Of a stretch of DNA of 64,000 nucleotides, positions 1-9,069 are shown piece by piece. The stretch spans positions 36,446 to 100,445 of the forward strand of contig CALWXC010000008.1 in assembly GCA_944385415.1 (NCBI GenBank), written 5' to 3'. The position numbers and the translations under genes were made by a program. The notes beneath the pieces are model-generated. The model was not told the origin of the DNA, made no database searches, and saw only the letters and a list, made by a program, of their open reading frames with translations. Position 1 is the stretch's first letter. Each line of letters opens with the position of its first letter. This DNA is from an uncultured Oscillospiraceae bacterium (GTDB lineage: Bacteria; Bacillota; Clostridia; Oscillospirales; Oscillospiraceae).

Positions 1-2
1 TG

Positions 3-371
3 CTCCACAACAACTGTCTCTATTATGAGGATGTGGCCCTCTGCGGCTCCCGGGGCTGGTTCTTTGAGGAGGACAACGGCGGCACCCACAATGAAAAGGT
101 CTACAACCGGGAGGTTCTGCGGCTGGAAGCGTCGCTGAAAGCGGCGGGGGAGAAAGAGAAACTCTGCTTTCTCCATTACCCGCCCCTGTACCGGGGCTAC
201 CGCTGCCCGGAGATTCTGGACCTGCTCCACCGCTACGGCGTTCGAGAGTGCTGCTACGGTCATCTCCATGGCCCGTCCCACCGTCTGGCCGTGGAGGGAG
301 ACGTGGACGGCATCGCCTACCGGCTGCTGGCGGCAGATTATGTAAACTTCACCCCCCAAAAACTCCGTTGA
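3..371 (+). CDS. Metallophosphoesterase, 5'-truncated at window edge
   Basis: Frame open from position 3 (LHNNCLYYEDVALCGSRGW...). It has the C-terminal calcineurin-like motifs LHYPP and YGHLHG. Confidence 0.75.
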   Translation, partial: LHNNCLYYEDVALCGSRGWFFEEDNGGTHNEKVYNREVLRLEASLKAAGEKEKLCFLHYPPLYRGYRCPEILDLLHRYGVRECCYGHLHGPSHRLAVEGDVDGIAYRLLAADYVNFTPQKLR

Positions 372-523
372 CGGCGGTGGAATGGCCGGTTTTTTTCGGA
401 AAACCGGGAAATGTTGAAAAAAACAGTGGAAATGCGCCGGGATTTCTGCTAGAATAATACGGCATATAATTCGGTGCAATATGGCTGCCCACCGGCAGCC
501 CACCACATAGGAGGAATACACCA

Positions 524-1966
524 ATGAACGTAAAGAGCGTTGAGAAAGAGAACGGCAATGCCAAAATCGTGATTGCGATTGCCAAGGACACCTTTGAGAA
601 CGGCCTCAACAAGGCCTATCTGAAGAACCGCAAGCACATCGCCATCCCCGGCTTCCGCAAGGGCAAGGCCCCCCGCAAGGTCATCGAGGGTATGTACGGC
701 GCCGAGGTGTTCTTTGAGGACGCCATCAATGAGCTGTTCCCCGAGATCTATGAGAAGGCCGTTGTGGAGCAGAAGCTGAACGCCGTGGGCATGCCCTCCG
801 TCGCCGACCTGAACAAGGAAGAGGACGGCACCGTCGTTCTGACCATCGAAACCGCTCTGTATCCCGAAGTGACCCTGGGCCAGTACAAGGGTCTGGAGGT
901 TCCCAAGGCCGAGGTCAACGTCACCGACGAGGAGATTGCTGCCGAGCTGGACCGTATGGCCGACCGCAACGCCCGCATCTCCACCGTGGACCGCGCCGCA
1001 GAAATGGGCGATACCCTGGTCTTCGACTTCGAGGGCTTTGTGGACGGCAAGCCCTTCGACGGCGGCAAGGCTGAGGGCTATGTCCTGAAGCTGGGCTCCC
1101 ATCAGTTCATCCCCGGCTTTGAAGAGGCCCTGGTGGGCGTCAAGGCCGACGAGGAGAAGGATGTGGAGGTCACCTTCCCCGAGCAGTACACCCCCGAGCT
1201 GGCCGGCAAGCCCGCCGTCTTCAAGTGCAAGGTCCACGAGGTCAAGGAGACCGTGCGCCCCGCGCTGGACGACGAGTTCGCCAAGGACGTGTCCGAGTTC
1301 GACACCCTGGACGCCCTGAAGGAGGACATCCGCAAGCGCTTTACCGAGAACCGTCAGCGTGCTGTGGACCAGGAGTTTGACAACACCGCCGTCACCATGG
1401 CCGCCGACAACATGACCTGTGAGATTCCCGCCTGCATGATCGACGAGCAGGTGGACAAGCAGATGGAGCAGTTCGGCTACCAGCTGCAGGCCAGCGGCAT
1501 GAAGATGGAGGACTACGCCAAGATGATGGGCGGCGACCTGAACGGCCTGCGCTCCAACATGCGTCCCATGGCTGAGAAGACCGTCCGCGCCAATGTGCTC
1601 CTGAGCCAGATTGTGGAGGAGGAGAAGATCGAGGTCTCCGAGGAGGAGATTGAGGCCGAGTACGCTTCCCTGGCCGAGCAGTATTCCATGGAGCTGGAGA
1701 AGGTCAAGGCCGCTCTGCCCGTGGAGAGCCTGAAGATTGACCTGGCCACCCGGAAGGCCGTCCGTCTGATTGCCGACAGCGCTGTGGCTGTGGCCCCCAA
1801 GGCCGTCGAGGAGACCGCTGAGGAAGAGGCTGAGAAGAAGCCCGCCAAGAAGCGCACCACCAAGAAGAAGGCCGACGAGACCGCGGAGGCTGCCGAGGGC
1901 GAGGAGAAGCCCAAGAAGCGCTCCACCCGCAAGAAGGCCGAGACGGAGACCAAGACCGAGGAATAA
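524..1966 (+). CDS. tig: Trigger factor
   Basis: GFRKGKAP ribosome-binding motif, FKBP domain (DFEGFVDGKPFDGG...FIPGFEE), RBS AGGAGG, upstream of clpP-clpX. Confidence 0.97.
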   Translation: MNVKSVEKENGNAKIVIAIAKDTFENGLNKAYLKNRKHIAIPGFRKGKAPRKVIEGMYGAEVFFEDAINELFPEIYEKAVVEQKLNAVGMPSVADLNKEEDGTVVLTIETALYPEVTLGQYKGLEVPKAEVNVTDEEIAAELDRMADRNARISTVDRAAEMGDTLVFDFEGFVDGKPFDGGKAEGYVLKLGSHQFIPGFEEALVGVKADEEKDVEVTFPEQYTPELAGKPAVFKCKVHEVKETVRPALDDEFAKDVSEFDTLDALKEDIRKRFTENRQRAVDQEFDNTAVTMAADNMTCEIPACMIDEQVDKQMEQFGYQLQASGMKMEDYAKMMGGDLNGLRSNMRPMAEKTVRANVLLSQIVEEEKIEVSEEEIEAEYASLAEQYSMELEKVKAALPVESLKIDLATRKAVRLIADSAVAVAPKAVEETAEEEAEKKPAKKRTTKKKADETAEAAEGEEKPKKRSTRKKAETETKTEE

Positions 1967-2020
1967 TTTTCCGGTCAGGCGGTTAGAATGTTTCATCCAA
2001 CGAAAGGAGACAGTAACCCC

Positions 2021-2605
2021 ATGAGCCTAGTTCCCTATGTCGTGGAGCAGACCAGCCGCGGTGAGCGGTCCTATGATATTTTCTCCCGGCTGCTCAACGA
2101 CCGCATTGTGATGCTTTCCGAGGGGGTCAACGATACGACCGCCAGCCTGATCGTCGCCCAGATGCTGTATCTGGAGGCCCAAGACCCCGATAAGGATATT
2201 CAGTTTTATATCAATTCCCCCGGCGGCTCCGTCACAGCCGGTATGGCCATCTACGATACGATGAATTACGTCAAGTGCGACGTTTCCACCATCTGCATCG
2301 GCATGGCCGCCAGCATGGGCGCGTTCCTGCTGTCCGCCGGCGCCAAGGGCAAGCGCATGGCGCTGCCCAACGCCGAAATCATGATCCATCAGCCCTCCGG
2401 CGGCGCCCGGGGCCAGGCCTCGGACATCAAGATCCAGGCCGAGTGGATGCTGCGGACCCGGGAGAAGCTCAACAAGATCCTCTCGGAGAACACCGGCAAG
2501 AGCATTGAGCAGATCGCCATCGACACCGAGCGCGACAACTTTATGCCCGCCGAGGAGGCCGTGGAATACGGTCTCATCGACAAGATCGTATACCCCAAAC
2601 GGTAA
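2021..2605 (+). CDS. clpP: ATP-dependent Clp protease proteolytic subunit
   Basis: [39 protein letters not shown] (catalytic Ser), IMIHQP. RBS AAAGGAG precedes ATG 2021. Confidence 0.98.
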   Translation: MSLVPYVVEQTSRGERSYDIFSRLLNDRIVMLSEGVNDTTASLIVAQMLYLEAQDPDKDIQFYINSPGGSVTAGMAIYDTMNYVKCDVSTICIGMAASMGAFLLSAGAKGKRMALPNAEIMIHQPSGGARGQASDIKIQAEWMLRTREKLNKILSENTGKSIEQIAIDTERDNFMPAEEAVEYGLIDKIVYPKR

Positions 2606-2680
2606 CAACGGCCAAGGCGCATCGGACAGCCGTCTGATGCGCCGAAGTCGGTTTTTGAACAGACAGAAGGAGGCATTCCA

Positions 2681-3955
2681 TTGGCGCGCAACGACGAGCG
2701 CAGCGTTCGCTGCAGCTTTTGCGGCAAGACCCAGGATCAGGTGGTGCGGCTGATCGCCGGCCCCAACGTCTATATCTGCAATGAGTGTATCGAGCTGTGC
2801 TCCAGCATTCTGCACGACGAGATGGTGGACGATACCGACCACCAGTTGGTGCTGCCGGAAAAGCTGCCTACGCCCAAAGAGATCAAGGAATATATGGACG
2901 GCTATATCATCGGACAGGACGAGGCCAAAGTGGCCCTGTCGGTGGCCGTCTACAACCACTATAAGCGCATCTACTTCGAGAGCAGCGCCTCCGATGTGGA
3001 ATTGCAGAAGAGCAATATTCTGCTCATCGGTCCCACGGGCAGCGGCAAGACCCTCTTTGCCCAGACCCTGGCCAAGATTCTCAACGTGCCCTTTGCCATC
3101 GCCGACGCCACCACCCTCACCGAGGCCGGTTACGTGGGCGAGGACGTGGAGAACATTCTGCTGCGGCTGTTACAGGCCGCCGATTTCGATGTGGAACTGG
3201 CCCAGCGGGGCATCATCTATATCGACGAGATGGACAAGATCGCCCGCAAGAGCGAAAACACGTCCATCACCCGCGACGTGTCCGGCGAAGGCGTCCAGCA
3301 GGCCCTTTTGAAGATTCTGGAGGGCACCGTGGCCAATGTGCCGCCCCAGGGCGGCCGCAAGCACCCCCAGCAGGAATTTATCCAGATCGATACCTCCAAC
3401 ATCCTCTTTATCTGCGGCGGCGCCTTCGACGGTCTGGACAAGATCATCGGCCGCCGTACCGACCGCAGCTCCATCGGCTTCGGCGGCGAGGTCAAGAGCA
3501 AGAAGAACCGGGATGTGGGCGAGCTGTTCCGGGAGGTGCAGCCCCATGACCTGCTGAAATTCGGCATCATCCCCGAACTGGTGGGCCGTCTGCCGGTGAT
3601 TACCAGCTTGCAGAGCCTCCAGAAAGAGGATTTGATCAAGATTCTCACGGAGCCCAAGAACGCCCTGTGCAAGCAGTACGCCAAGCTCCTGGAATACGAT
3701 CATGTGGAGTTGAACTTTGAGCAGGAGGCGTTGGAGGCCGTGGCCGAAAAGGCCATGGAACGGCAAATCGGCGCCCGCGGCCTGCGGGCCATCCTGGAAG
3801 ACGTCATGACCGGTATCATGTACGAGATTCCCTCGGACCCCACCATTACACGGGTTCTGGTGACGGCGGACAGCGTCCGCAACGGCGCCAAGCCCCAGGA
3901 GTTCCGGGACGAGCGGGCCGTGCTGCCGGAGGCCGGCTCTGCCGACGCGTCGTAA
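2681..3955 (+). CDS. clpX: ATP-dependent Clp protease ATP-binding subunit
   Basis: C4 zinc finger CSFCG...ICNEC, Walker [12 protein letters not shown] loop, RKHP. TTG start after AAGGAGG. Confidence 0.98.
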   Translation: MARNDERSVRCSFCGKTQDQVVRLIAGPNVYICNECIELCSSILHDEMVDDTDHQLVLPEKLPTPKEIKEYMDGYIIGQDEAKVALSVAVYNHYKRIYFESSASDVELQKSNILLIGPTGSGKTLFAQTLAKILNVPFAIADATTLTEAGYVGEDVENILLRLLQAADFDVELAQRGIIYIDEMDKIARKSENTSITRDVSGEGVQQALLKILEGTVANVPPQGGRKHPQQEFIQIDTSNILFICGGAFDGLDKIIGRRTDRSSIGFGGEVKSKKNRDVGELFREVQPHDLLKFGIIPELVGRLPVITSLQSLQKEDLIKILTEPKNALCKQYAKLLEYDHVELNFEQEALEAVAEKAMERQIGARGLRAILEDVMTGIMYEIPSDPTITRVLVTADSVRNGAKPQEFRDERAVLPEAGSADAS

Positions 3956-4023
3956 TCGGGCCATGGGCCCCGAGTTCGGCGCAAGCCCGACGGAGAACCC
4001 CCCGACGGCCCAATACTTGCCAT

Positions 4024-4049
4024 AAAAGGGGGCCAAACGGCCCCCTTTT
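4024..4049. terminator. Intrinsic terminator-like hairpin between clpX and lon
   Basis: AAAAGGGGGCC-aaac-GGCCCCCTTTT perfect stem with A/T tracts. Confidence 0.7.
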
Positions 4050-4091
4050 GTCAATTTCCGCGGAGGATTCCCCGGAAAGGAGAGTGTAACC

Positions 4092-6527
4092 ATGAACGAT
4101 ATCATCCTGTCTGAGCGGCTGCCGGTGCTGGCGCTGCGCGGACTGTGTGTATTTCCCAAAATGCTGGTCCACTTTGACGTGGGCCGCGAAAAGTCCATCC
4201 GGGCCGTGGACGAGGCCATGCGGACCAACCAGGAGATTTTCCTGGTTGCCCAAAAGAACGTGGCCACCGACGAGCCGGGTATGGACGACCTCTACGAGAT
4301 CGGCACCGTGGCCCATATCCGCCAGGTCTTGAAGCTGCCCGGCGACACGGTGCGCATTCTGGTGGAGGGCGAATACCGGGCCCATGTGACCCAGTGGATT
4401 CAGGAGGAGCCCTTTTTCCGGGGCCGGGTGGATCTGCTGCCCGACGGCAAGTACAACCCCGACGCCGTCCGCAGCGAAGCGCTGCTGCGCCAGTGCCTGC
4501 AGCTGTTTGACCAGTTCCTGGAGCTGACGCCCAAGTCGGTCCAGGAGGGGCTCCATCAGGTGTTTGCCTCGGAGGATTTGAGCTATGTGGCGGACTTTGC
4601 CGCCCAGAACGCCTCTATTTCCTACAGCGACAAGCAGCGGGTTCTGGAACAGCTGGTCCCCACCAAGCGGGCCGCCGTCATCAGCGCCATGCTGGCCAAG
4701 GAAATCGAAGTCCTGCGGCTGGAAAACGAGCTCCAGGAGAAGGTCCAGGAGAGCGTCAACCGCAGTCAGAAGGAATACTATATCCGGGAGCAGATGAAGG
4801 TCCTGCGGCGGGAGCTGGGTGACGATGAGGACAGCGAGATTCTCGAGTACGAGGAACGCATCGAGGCCCTCAAGCTGCCGGAAGAGGTGGACAAGAAGCT
4901 CCACAAGGAGGTCCAGCGGCTGGCCCGTCAGCCCGGCGGCTCTTCGGAGGCCGCCGTCATCCGCAACTATCTGGACATCTGCCTGGAGCTGCCCTGGAAC
5001 GAGCGTACCAAGGAGCGGGTGGACGTGAAGGCGGCCAAAAAGCTGCTGGACCACGACCATTTCGGCCTGGATAAGGTGAAGGAGCGGGTTCTGGAGGTGC
5101 TGGCCGTCAAGAAGATGGCCCCGGAGCTGCCGGGACAGATCATCTGTCTGGTGGGCCCCCCCGGCACCGGTAAAACGTCCATCGCCATGTCCATCGCCAA
5201 GAGCCTGAACCGGAAGCTGGCCCGGATTTCCCTGGGCGGCGTCCACGACGAAGCCGACATCCGCGGCCACCGGAAAACGTATATCGGCGCCATGCCGGGC
5301 CGCATTATCAACGGCATTTTGCAGGCCGGTACCCGCAATCCGCTGATGCTCCTGGACGAGATCGACAAGATGGGCGCTGATTACAAGGGCGACCCGTCGG
5401 CGGCGCTGCTGGAGGTCCTGGACAGCGAGCAGAACGGCACGTTCCGGGACCATTATATTGAGCTGCCCTTCGATCTGTCGGAGTGCATGTTCATCACCAC
5501 GGCCAACACCCTGGATACGGTGCCCCGGCCGCTGCTGGACCGTATGGAGGTCATCGAGCTCAGCTCCTACACCGACGAGGAAAAGCTGCGCATTGCCAAG
5601 GACCATCTGCTGCCCAAGGTCATGGCCCGTCACGGCCTGACCAAGCAGCAGCTGCGGGTCACCGACGAGGCCATCCGGGAGACCATCACCTGCTACACCC
5701 GGGAATCCGGCGTCCGGAACCTGGAACGGCAGATGGCTGCCATCTGCCGCAAGGCCGACATGCGATTTGTCTCCGATCACGCTCCCAAGCGCATCACCGT
5801 GACCGGCTCCAATCTGGAGGAATTTCTCGGTGTCCGCCGGTATCTGCCCGATGAAAAGCCCGCCACCGACCAGGTGGGTCTGGTGACGGGTCTGGCCTGG
5901 ACGTCCGTTGGCGGTGAGACGCTGGAGGTGGAGGTCAACGTGGTGGATGGCACCGGTAAGCTGGAGCTTACCGGCAACCTGGGCGACGTCATGAAAGAGT
6001 CGGCCCACGCCGCCATGAGCTATATCCGGTCCCGTGCCGTCAAGTTTGGCATTGCGCCGGATTTCTACCAGACCAAGGATATCCACGTCCATTTCCCCGA
6101 GGGCGCGGTTCCCAAGGACGGTCCTTCGGCGGGCATTACTGTCTGTACGGCCATGGTGTCGGCCCTGACCGGAGCCACGGTCCGGCGGGACATTGCCATG
6201 ACCGGAGAGATTTCCATCCGGGGCCGGGTTCTGGCCATCGGCGGATTGAAGGAGAAAACCATGGCGGCATTGCGCCACGGCGTGAAAACCGTCATCATCC
6301 CCGCCGCCAACGAGAAGGATTTGGAAGAAATCGACCAGACGGTGCGCAAGGCCCTGAACTTTATCACCGTCCGCCATGTGGACGCCGTCATTGAGGCGGC
6401 GCTGGATTTTGGCCCCTGCCAGAAGAACGACGTTCCCACAGAGCCGGAACCGGAACCCCAGCCCGCCAAGGAGCTGCCCCTGCCGGTGCCGGAAACTGGC
6501 GGCGACCGGGCCGGCCTGCGCCAATGA
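4092..6527 (+). CDS. lon: Lon protease
   Basis: N-terminal LPVLALRG domain, GPPGTGKT, PKDGPSAG (catalytic Ser), IGGLKEK. Confidence 0.98.
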   Translation: MNDIILSERLPVLALRGLCVFPKMLVHFDVGREKSIRAVDEAMRTNQEIFLVAQKNVATDEPGMDDLYEIGTVAHIRQVLKLPGDTVRILVEGEYRAHVTQWIQEEPFFRGRVDLLPDGKYNPDAVRSEALLRQCLQLFDQFLELTPKSVQEGLHQVFASEDLSYVADFAAQNASISYSDKQRVLEQLVPTKRAAVISAMLAKEIEVLRLENELQEKVQESVNRSQKEYYIREQMKVLRRELGDDEDSEILEYEERIEALKLPEEVDKKLHKEVQRLARQPGGSSEAAVIRNYLDICLELPWNERTKERVDVKAAKKLLDHDHFGLDKVKERVLEVLAVKKMAPELPGQIICLVGPPGTGKTSIAMSIAKSLNRKLARISLGGVHDEADIRGHRKTYIGAMPGRIINGILQAGTRNPLMLLDEIDKMGADYKGDPSAALLEVLDSEQNGTFRDHYIELPFDLSECMFITTANTLDTVPRPLLDRMEVIELSSYTDEEKLRIAKDHLLPKVMARHGLTKQQLRVTDEAIRETITCYTRESGVRNLERQMAAICRKADMRFVSDHAPKRITVTGSNLEEFLGVRRYLPDEKPATDQVGLVTGLAWTSVGGETLEVEVNVVDGTGKLELTGNLGDVMKESAHAAMSYIRSRAVKFGIAPDFYQTKDIHVHFPEGAVPKDGPSAGITVCTAMVSALTGATVRRDIAMTGEISIRGRVLAIGGLKEKTMAALRHGVKTVIIPAANEKDLEEIDQTVRKALNFITVRHVDAVIEAALDFGPCQKNDVPTEPEPEPQPAKELPLPVPETGGDRAGLRQ

Positions 6528-6540
6528 GAGGAGGGACCTT

Positions 6541-7128
6541 GTGAATCTGCATAACGCGGAGTTTGTCATCTCCTCCACGGCCATTGCCGATTGTCCCCGG
6601 GACGGGTTGCCCCAGGTGGCCTTTGCCGGAAAATCCAACGTGGGCAAATCCTCGGTCATCAACCGGGTATTGCAGCGGAAGAACTTTGCCCGGGTGGGCG
6701 AGGCCCCCGGCAAGACCACCCATATCAACTATTTCCGCATCGACCAGAAATTGTATCTGGTGGACCTGCCGGGCTATGGCTATGCCAAGGTCAGTAAGGC
6801 CGAGAAAGACCGGTGGGGCAAGCTCATGGAGGCGTATTTTGCCTCAGGGCTGATTGATTACGGCGTGATGATTGTGGACGCCCGCCACAAGCCCACGGCC
6901 AACGATATGACCATGGCGGAGTGGTTCAAAAACTCCGGGAAACCCTTTGTCATCGTGGCCAACAAGCTGGACAAGCTGCGCAAGCGGGATATTGAACCCA
7001 ATCTGGCCCTCATCCGGCAGACGCTGGAGCTGCCGGAAACTGTGGAAATCATCGCCTTTTCTGCGGAAAAAGGCGACGGTCGCGACGCCCTGGTGGGAAT
7101 TCTCCAGAGTGTTGCCGGTGACGCCTAA
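6541..7128 (+). CDS. engB: Ribosome biogenesis GTP-binding protein YsxC/EngB
   Basis: GKSNVGKSS, PGKT, DLPGYG, NKLD. GTG at 6541 follows GAGGAGG; usual position after lon. Confidence 0.93.
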   Translation: MNLHNAEFVISSTAIADCPRDGLPQVAFAGKSNVGKSSVINRVLQRKNFARVGEAPGKTTHINYFRIDQKLYLVDLPGYGYAKVSKAEKDRWGKLMEAYFASGLIDYGVMIVDARHKPTANDMTMAEWFKNSGKPFVIVANKLDKLRKRDIEPNLALIRQTLELPETVEIIAFSAEKGDGRDALVGILQSVAGDA

Positions 7129-7136
7129 GCCATACA

Positions 7137-7450
7137 GGGGCGCGCTGCCTGGGTTGCAGCGCGCCCGTTGTCGTATGGCGGGACTTGTCCCCGCTGTTGG
7201 AAGTATTTCGTATTATCGTACGCACCTTGTAGGGGCCGATGCCTACATCGGCCCGCACACGGCACCACCGAACATCGCACCACTGGCATGCACCGAAAAT
7301 TACCGGACAGGTTGGTATAATCCACTCTGTAGGCGGGGGCTTGCCTCCGCCGCTGTGCCGCACTGCCGACCACCATCGGCGTAGGGGCCGGCATCCCTGA
7401 CGGCCCCGGATGGGGTGCGGTGTGGGCGCGTCAAGGATGCCGCGCCCTAC
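7137..7450. repeat. Cluster of GTAG-type REP-like palindromes
   Basis: GTAGGGGCCGATGCCTACATCGGCCC (7229), GTAGGCGGGGGCTTGCCTCCGCC (7329), GTAGGGGCCGGCATCCCTGACGGCCCC (7381), inverted copy 7424-7450. Related units occur at 27855, 49989-50184 and 59535-59767. Confidence 0.8.
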
Positions 7451-7556
7451 GGCAGTGCTGCGATGCGCCGCGCCACGCCCGGTGCGGCACTTTTCAATCG
7501 ACCGCGTCAGCGGTCACCACACTTCTTCACGTTTCACTATTCCATCTTACTTTGAC

Positions 7557-7981
7557 AAAAGGCCGCCGTCCGCCACCCGCTGACGGGGTGGGGACGGCGG
7601 CCTTGGGGCTTACGCCCCGGGGATTGCGCCATCTGCGGATGGCGCTTTGGGACGATTGGGGATTTCGCCCGCTGCGGCGGGCGGGAGTTCGCGCCGTGCG
7701 CGGCGCGGGTGTTTCGCTGGCTGCGGCCAGCGGGAGTTTCGCCCGTTGCGACAGGCGACCAGAGGCCCTGCCTCTGGACCCCGCGATTTTGGGCTGCACG
7801 CCGCCCGTTGGCAAGAGTGGTCGGCGAGGAATTTTTCGTCAGAGCAAGGTGTGGGTTCGCAGCCATACTGGATGTATGGCAAGAAACCGCACCGCAGCTA
7901 TGGCGGAAAAGGCCCGGCGAGCACCGCAGACACACGGGCGGTGGGTAGCCCTCACAAGAAAAAATCGAGTAAAACTTTTTA
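7557..7981 (+). repeat. Modular palindromic dispersed element, longest copy
   Basis: Modules AAAAGGCCGCCGTCC..GGACGGCGGCCTT, GCGCCATCTGCGGATGGCGC, TTCGCGCCGTGCGCGGCGCG, ending AAAAAATCGAGTAAAACTTTT; homologous to six other loci in the window. Confidence 0.85.
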
Positions 7982-8206
7982 TTCTGTGGTGGCGTCATGG
8001 GCTTCCCAGCAGGATGTCTCCCGGTTCCAGAATTCCGTGTGACTGCCGTCGTCGTCCATGGTCAGCCGGGCCAGATAGTTGCGCCGGTCCTTGCCATAGG
8101 CTTGTCGGGCCTCTGCTTCCGATTGGGTGACAAACACGTTGAGATAATCGCTGTGGCCCTCGGGGCCAAGGAACTGGATGCCGGTCTCATAGTAGACCAA
8201 TGCCAT
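7979..8206 (-). CDS. Small hypothetical protein (75 aa)
   Basis: Strong G/C third-position bias, GGAAGG SD-like site, upstream TGcTACAAT extended -10 (plus-strand 8243-8251). Confidence 0.65.
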   Translation of the reverse strand: MALVYYETGIQFLGPEGHSDYLNVFVTQSEAEARQAYGKDRRNYLARLTMDDDGSHTEFWNRETSCWEAHDATTE

Positions 8207-8309
8207 GGGGTATCCCGCCTTCCCGCTATATGTTTGTTGTTTATTGTAGCAGATTTCGCCGTCCTTGGATAGGGGCGGCGCGAGAAATTTCCTGCCGCCA
8301 GCCTGTCCC

Positions 8310-8338
8310 TTGCAAAAGGGCCGGGCCGGTGCTATACT
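8310..8338 (+). promoter_or_regulatory. SigA-type promoter of the S2P-scpA-scpB operon
   Basis: TTGCAA-17bp-TATACT with TG extension. Confidence 0.7.
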
Positions 8339-8367
8339 GGTTAAAACGACCCAAAGGAGGGGCTTTT

Positions 8368-9060
8368 TTGCACGGATTTACCGCGTGGCTCCATCAACTG
8401 CAATTCGGCTGGTTGTCGGACATGCTGCTCATCGTTCTGGCGTCTCTGCTGTGCATCACCATCCATGAGACGTGTCACGGTCTGGCCGCCTACCGCCTGG
8501 GGGACCCCACGGCCAAGCTGGCCGGACGGCTGACGTTGAACCCCCTGCGCCACATCGACATTCTCGGCCTTTTGATGATGGCCGTGGCACGGTTCGGCTG
8601 GGCCAAGCCGGTGCCGGTCAATATGTACAATTTCAAAAACCCCAAACGGGACATGGCCCTGACGGCCCTGGCCGGACCCGTCTCCAACATTCTGCTGGCC
8701 TGGGCGGCCCTGGTGGTCCGGGGACTGCTGATGGTGCTGATGATCCACCGGGGCCCCAATAGTCTGGGCCAATGGCTGATTACCTTTACCGAGTATGTGG
8801 CCATCCTGTCGGCCGGTCTGGCGGTGTTCAACCTGATTCCCATTTCCCCCCTGGATGGCTCCAAGGTCCTCTTTGCCGTTCTGCCGTCTCAAAAGTATGC
8901 CAAGCTCATGCGCTATGAGCGGTACGGTATGCTGTTGCTGATGGTGGTGCTGCTGGCTGGTTGGCTGGACGGCCCCCTCTACTATCTGCGCACCGGCCTG
9001 CTGAACCTGCTGCAGCCCCTGGCCCTGTGGCCTGCGGAACTGCTGCTGCGGCTGCGGTAG
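8368..9060 (+). CDS. Site-2 (M50 family) membrane metalloprotease
   Basis: HETCH zinc motif, RLTLNPLRH, AGPVSN, FNLIPISPLDGS. TTG start after AAAGGAGG. Confidence 0.92.
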   Translation: MHGFTAWLHQLQFGWLSDMLLIVLASLLCITIHETCHGLAAYRLGDPTAKLAGRLTLNPLRHIDILGLLMMAVARFGWAKPVPVNMYNFKNPKRDMALTALAGPVSNILLAWAALVVRGLLMVLMIHRGPNSLGQWLITFTEYVAILSAGLAVFNLIPISPLDGSKVLFAVLPSQKYAKLMRYERYGMLLLMVVLLAGWLDGPLYYLRTGLLNLLQPLALWPAELLLRLR

Positions 9061-9069
9061 GAGGGACCC

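Noticed and set aside
372-523. CtsR or CIRCE operator upstream of tig-clpP-clpX-lon
   Set aside because: No GGTCAAA heptad repeat or CIRCE arms seen.
449-1996. Long antisense ORFs (also 3846-6728, 8341-10125, 10971-13334, 19406-21187, 24924-28055, 32297-34408, 34463-37891, 44606-46552, 57282-59831, 60862-63432)
   Set aside because: They shadow well-recognised genes on the other strand. High GC3 bias removes stops from the mirror frame; they lack an RBS or recognisable motifs.
6376-6540. N-terminal extension of EngB
   Set aside because: It overlaps the end of lon; GTG 6541 has a proper RBS.
7129-7981. Possible CRISPR array in the repeat-rich spacers
   Set aside because: Units differ in sequence, length and orientation, with no regular repeat-spacer period and no cas genes.
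7420-8130. ORFs within the palindromic elements (also 27767-28189, 49699-50220, 59186-59661)
   Set aside because: Arg/Pro/Gly-rich translations of GC hairpins with no codon bias, RBS or transposase motif.
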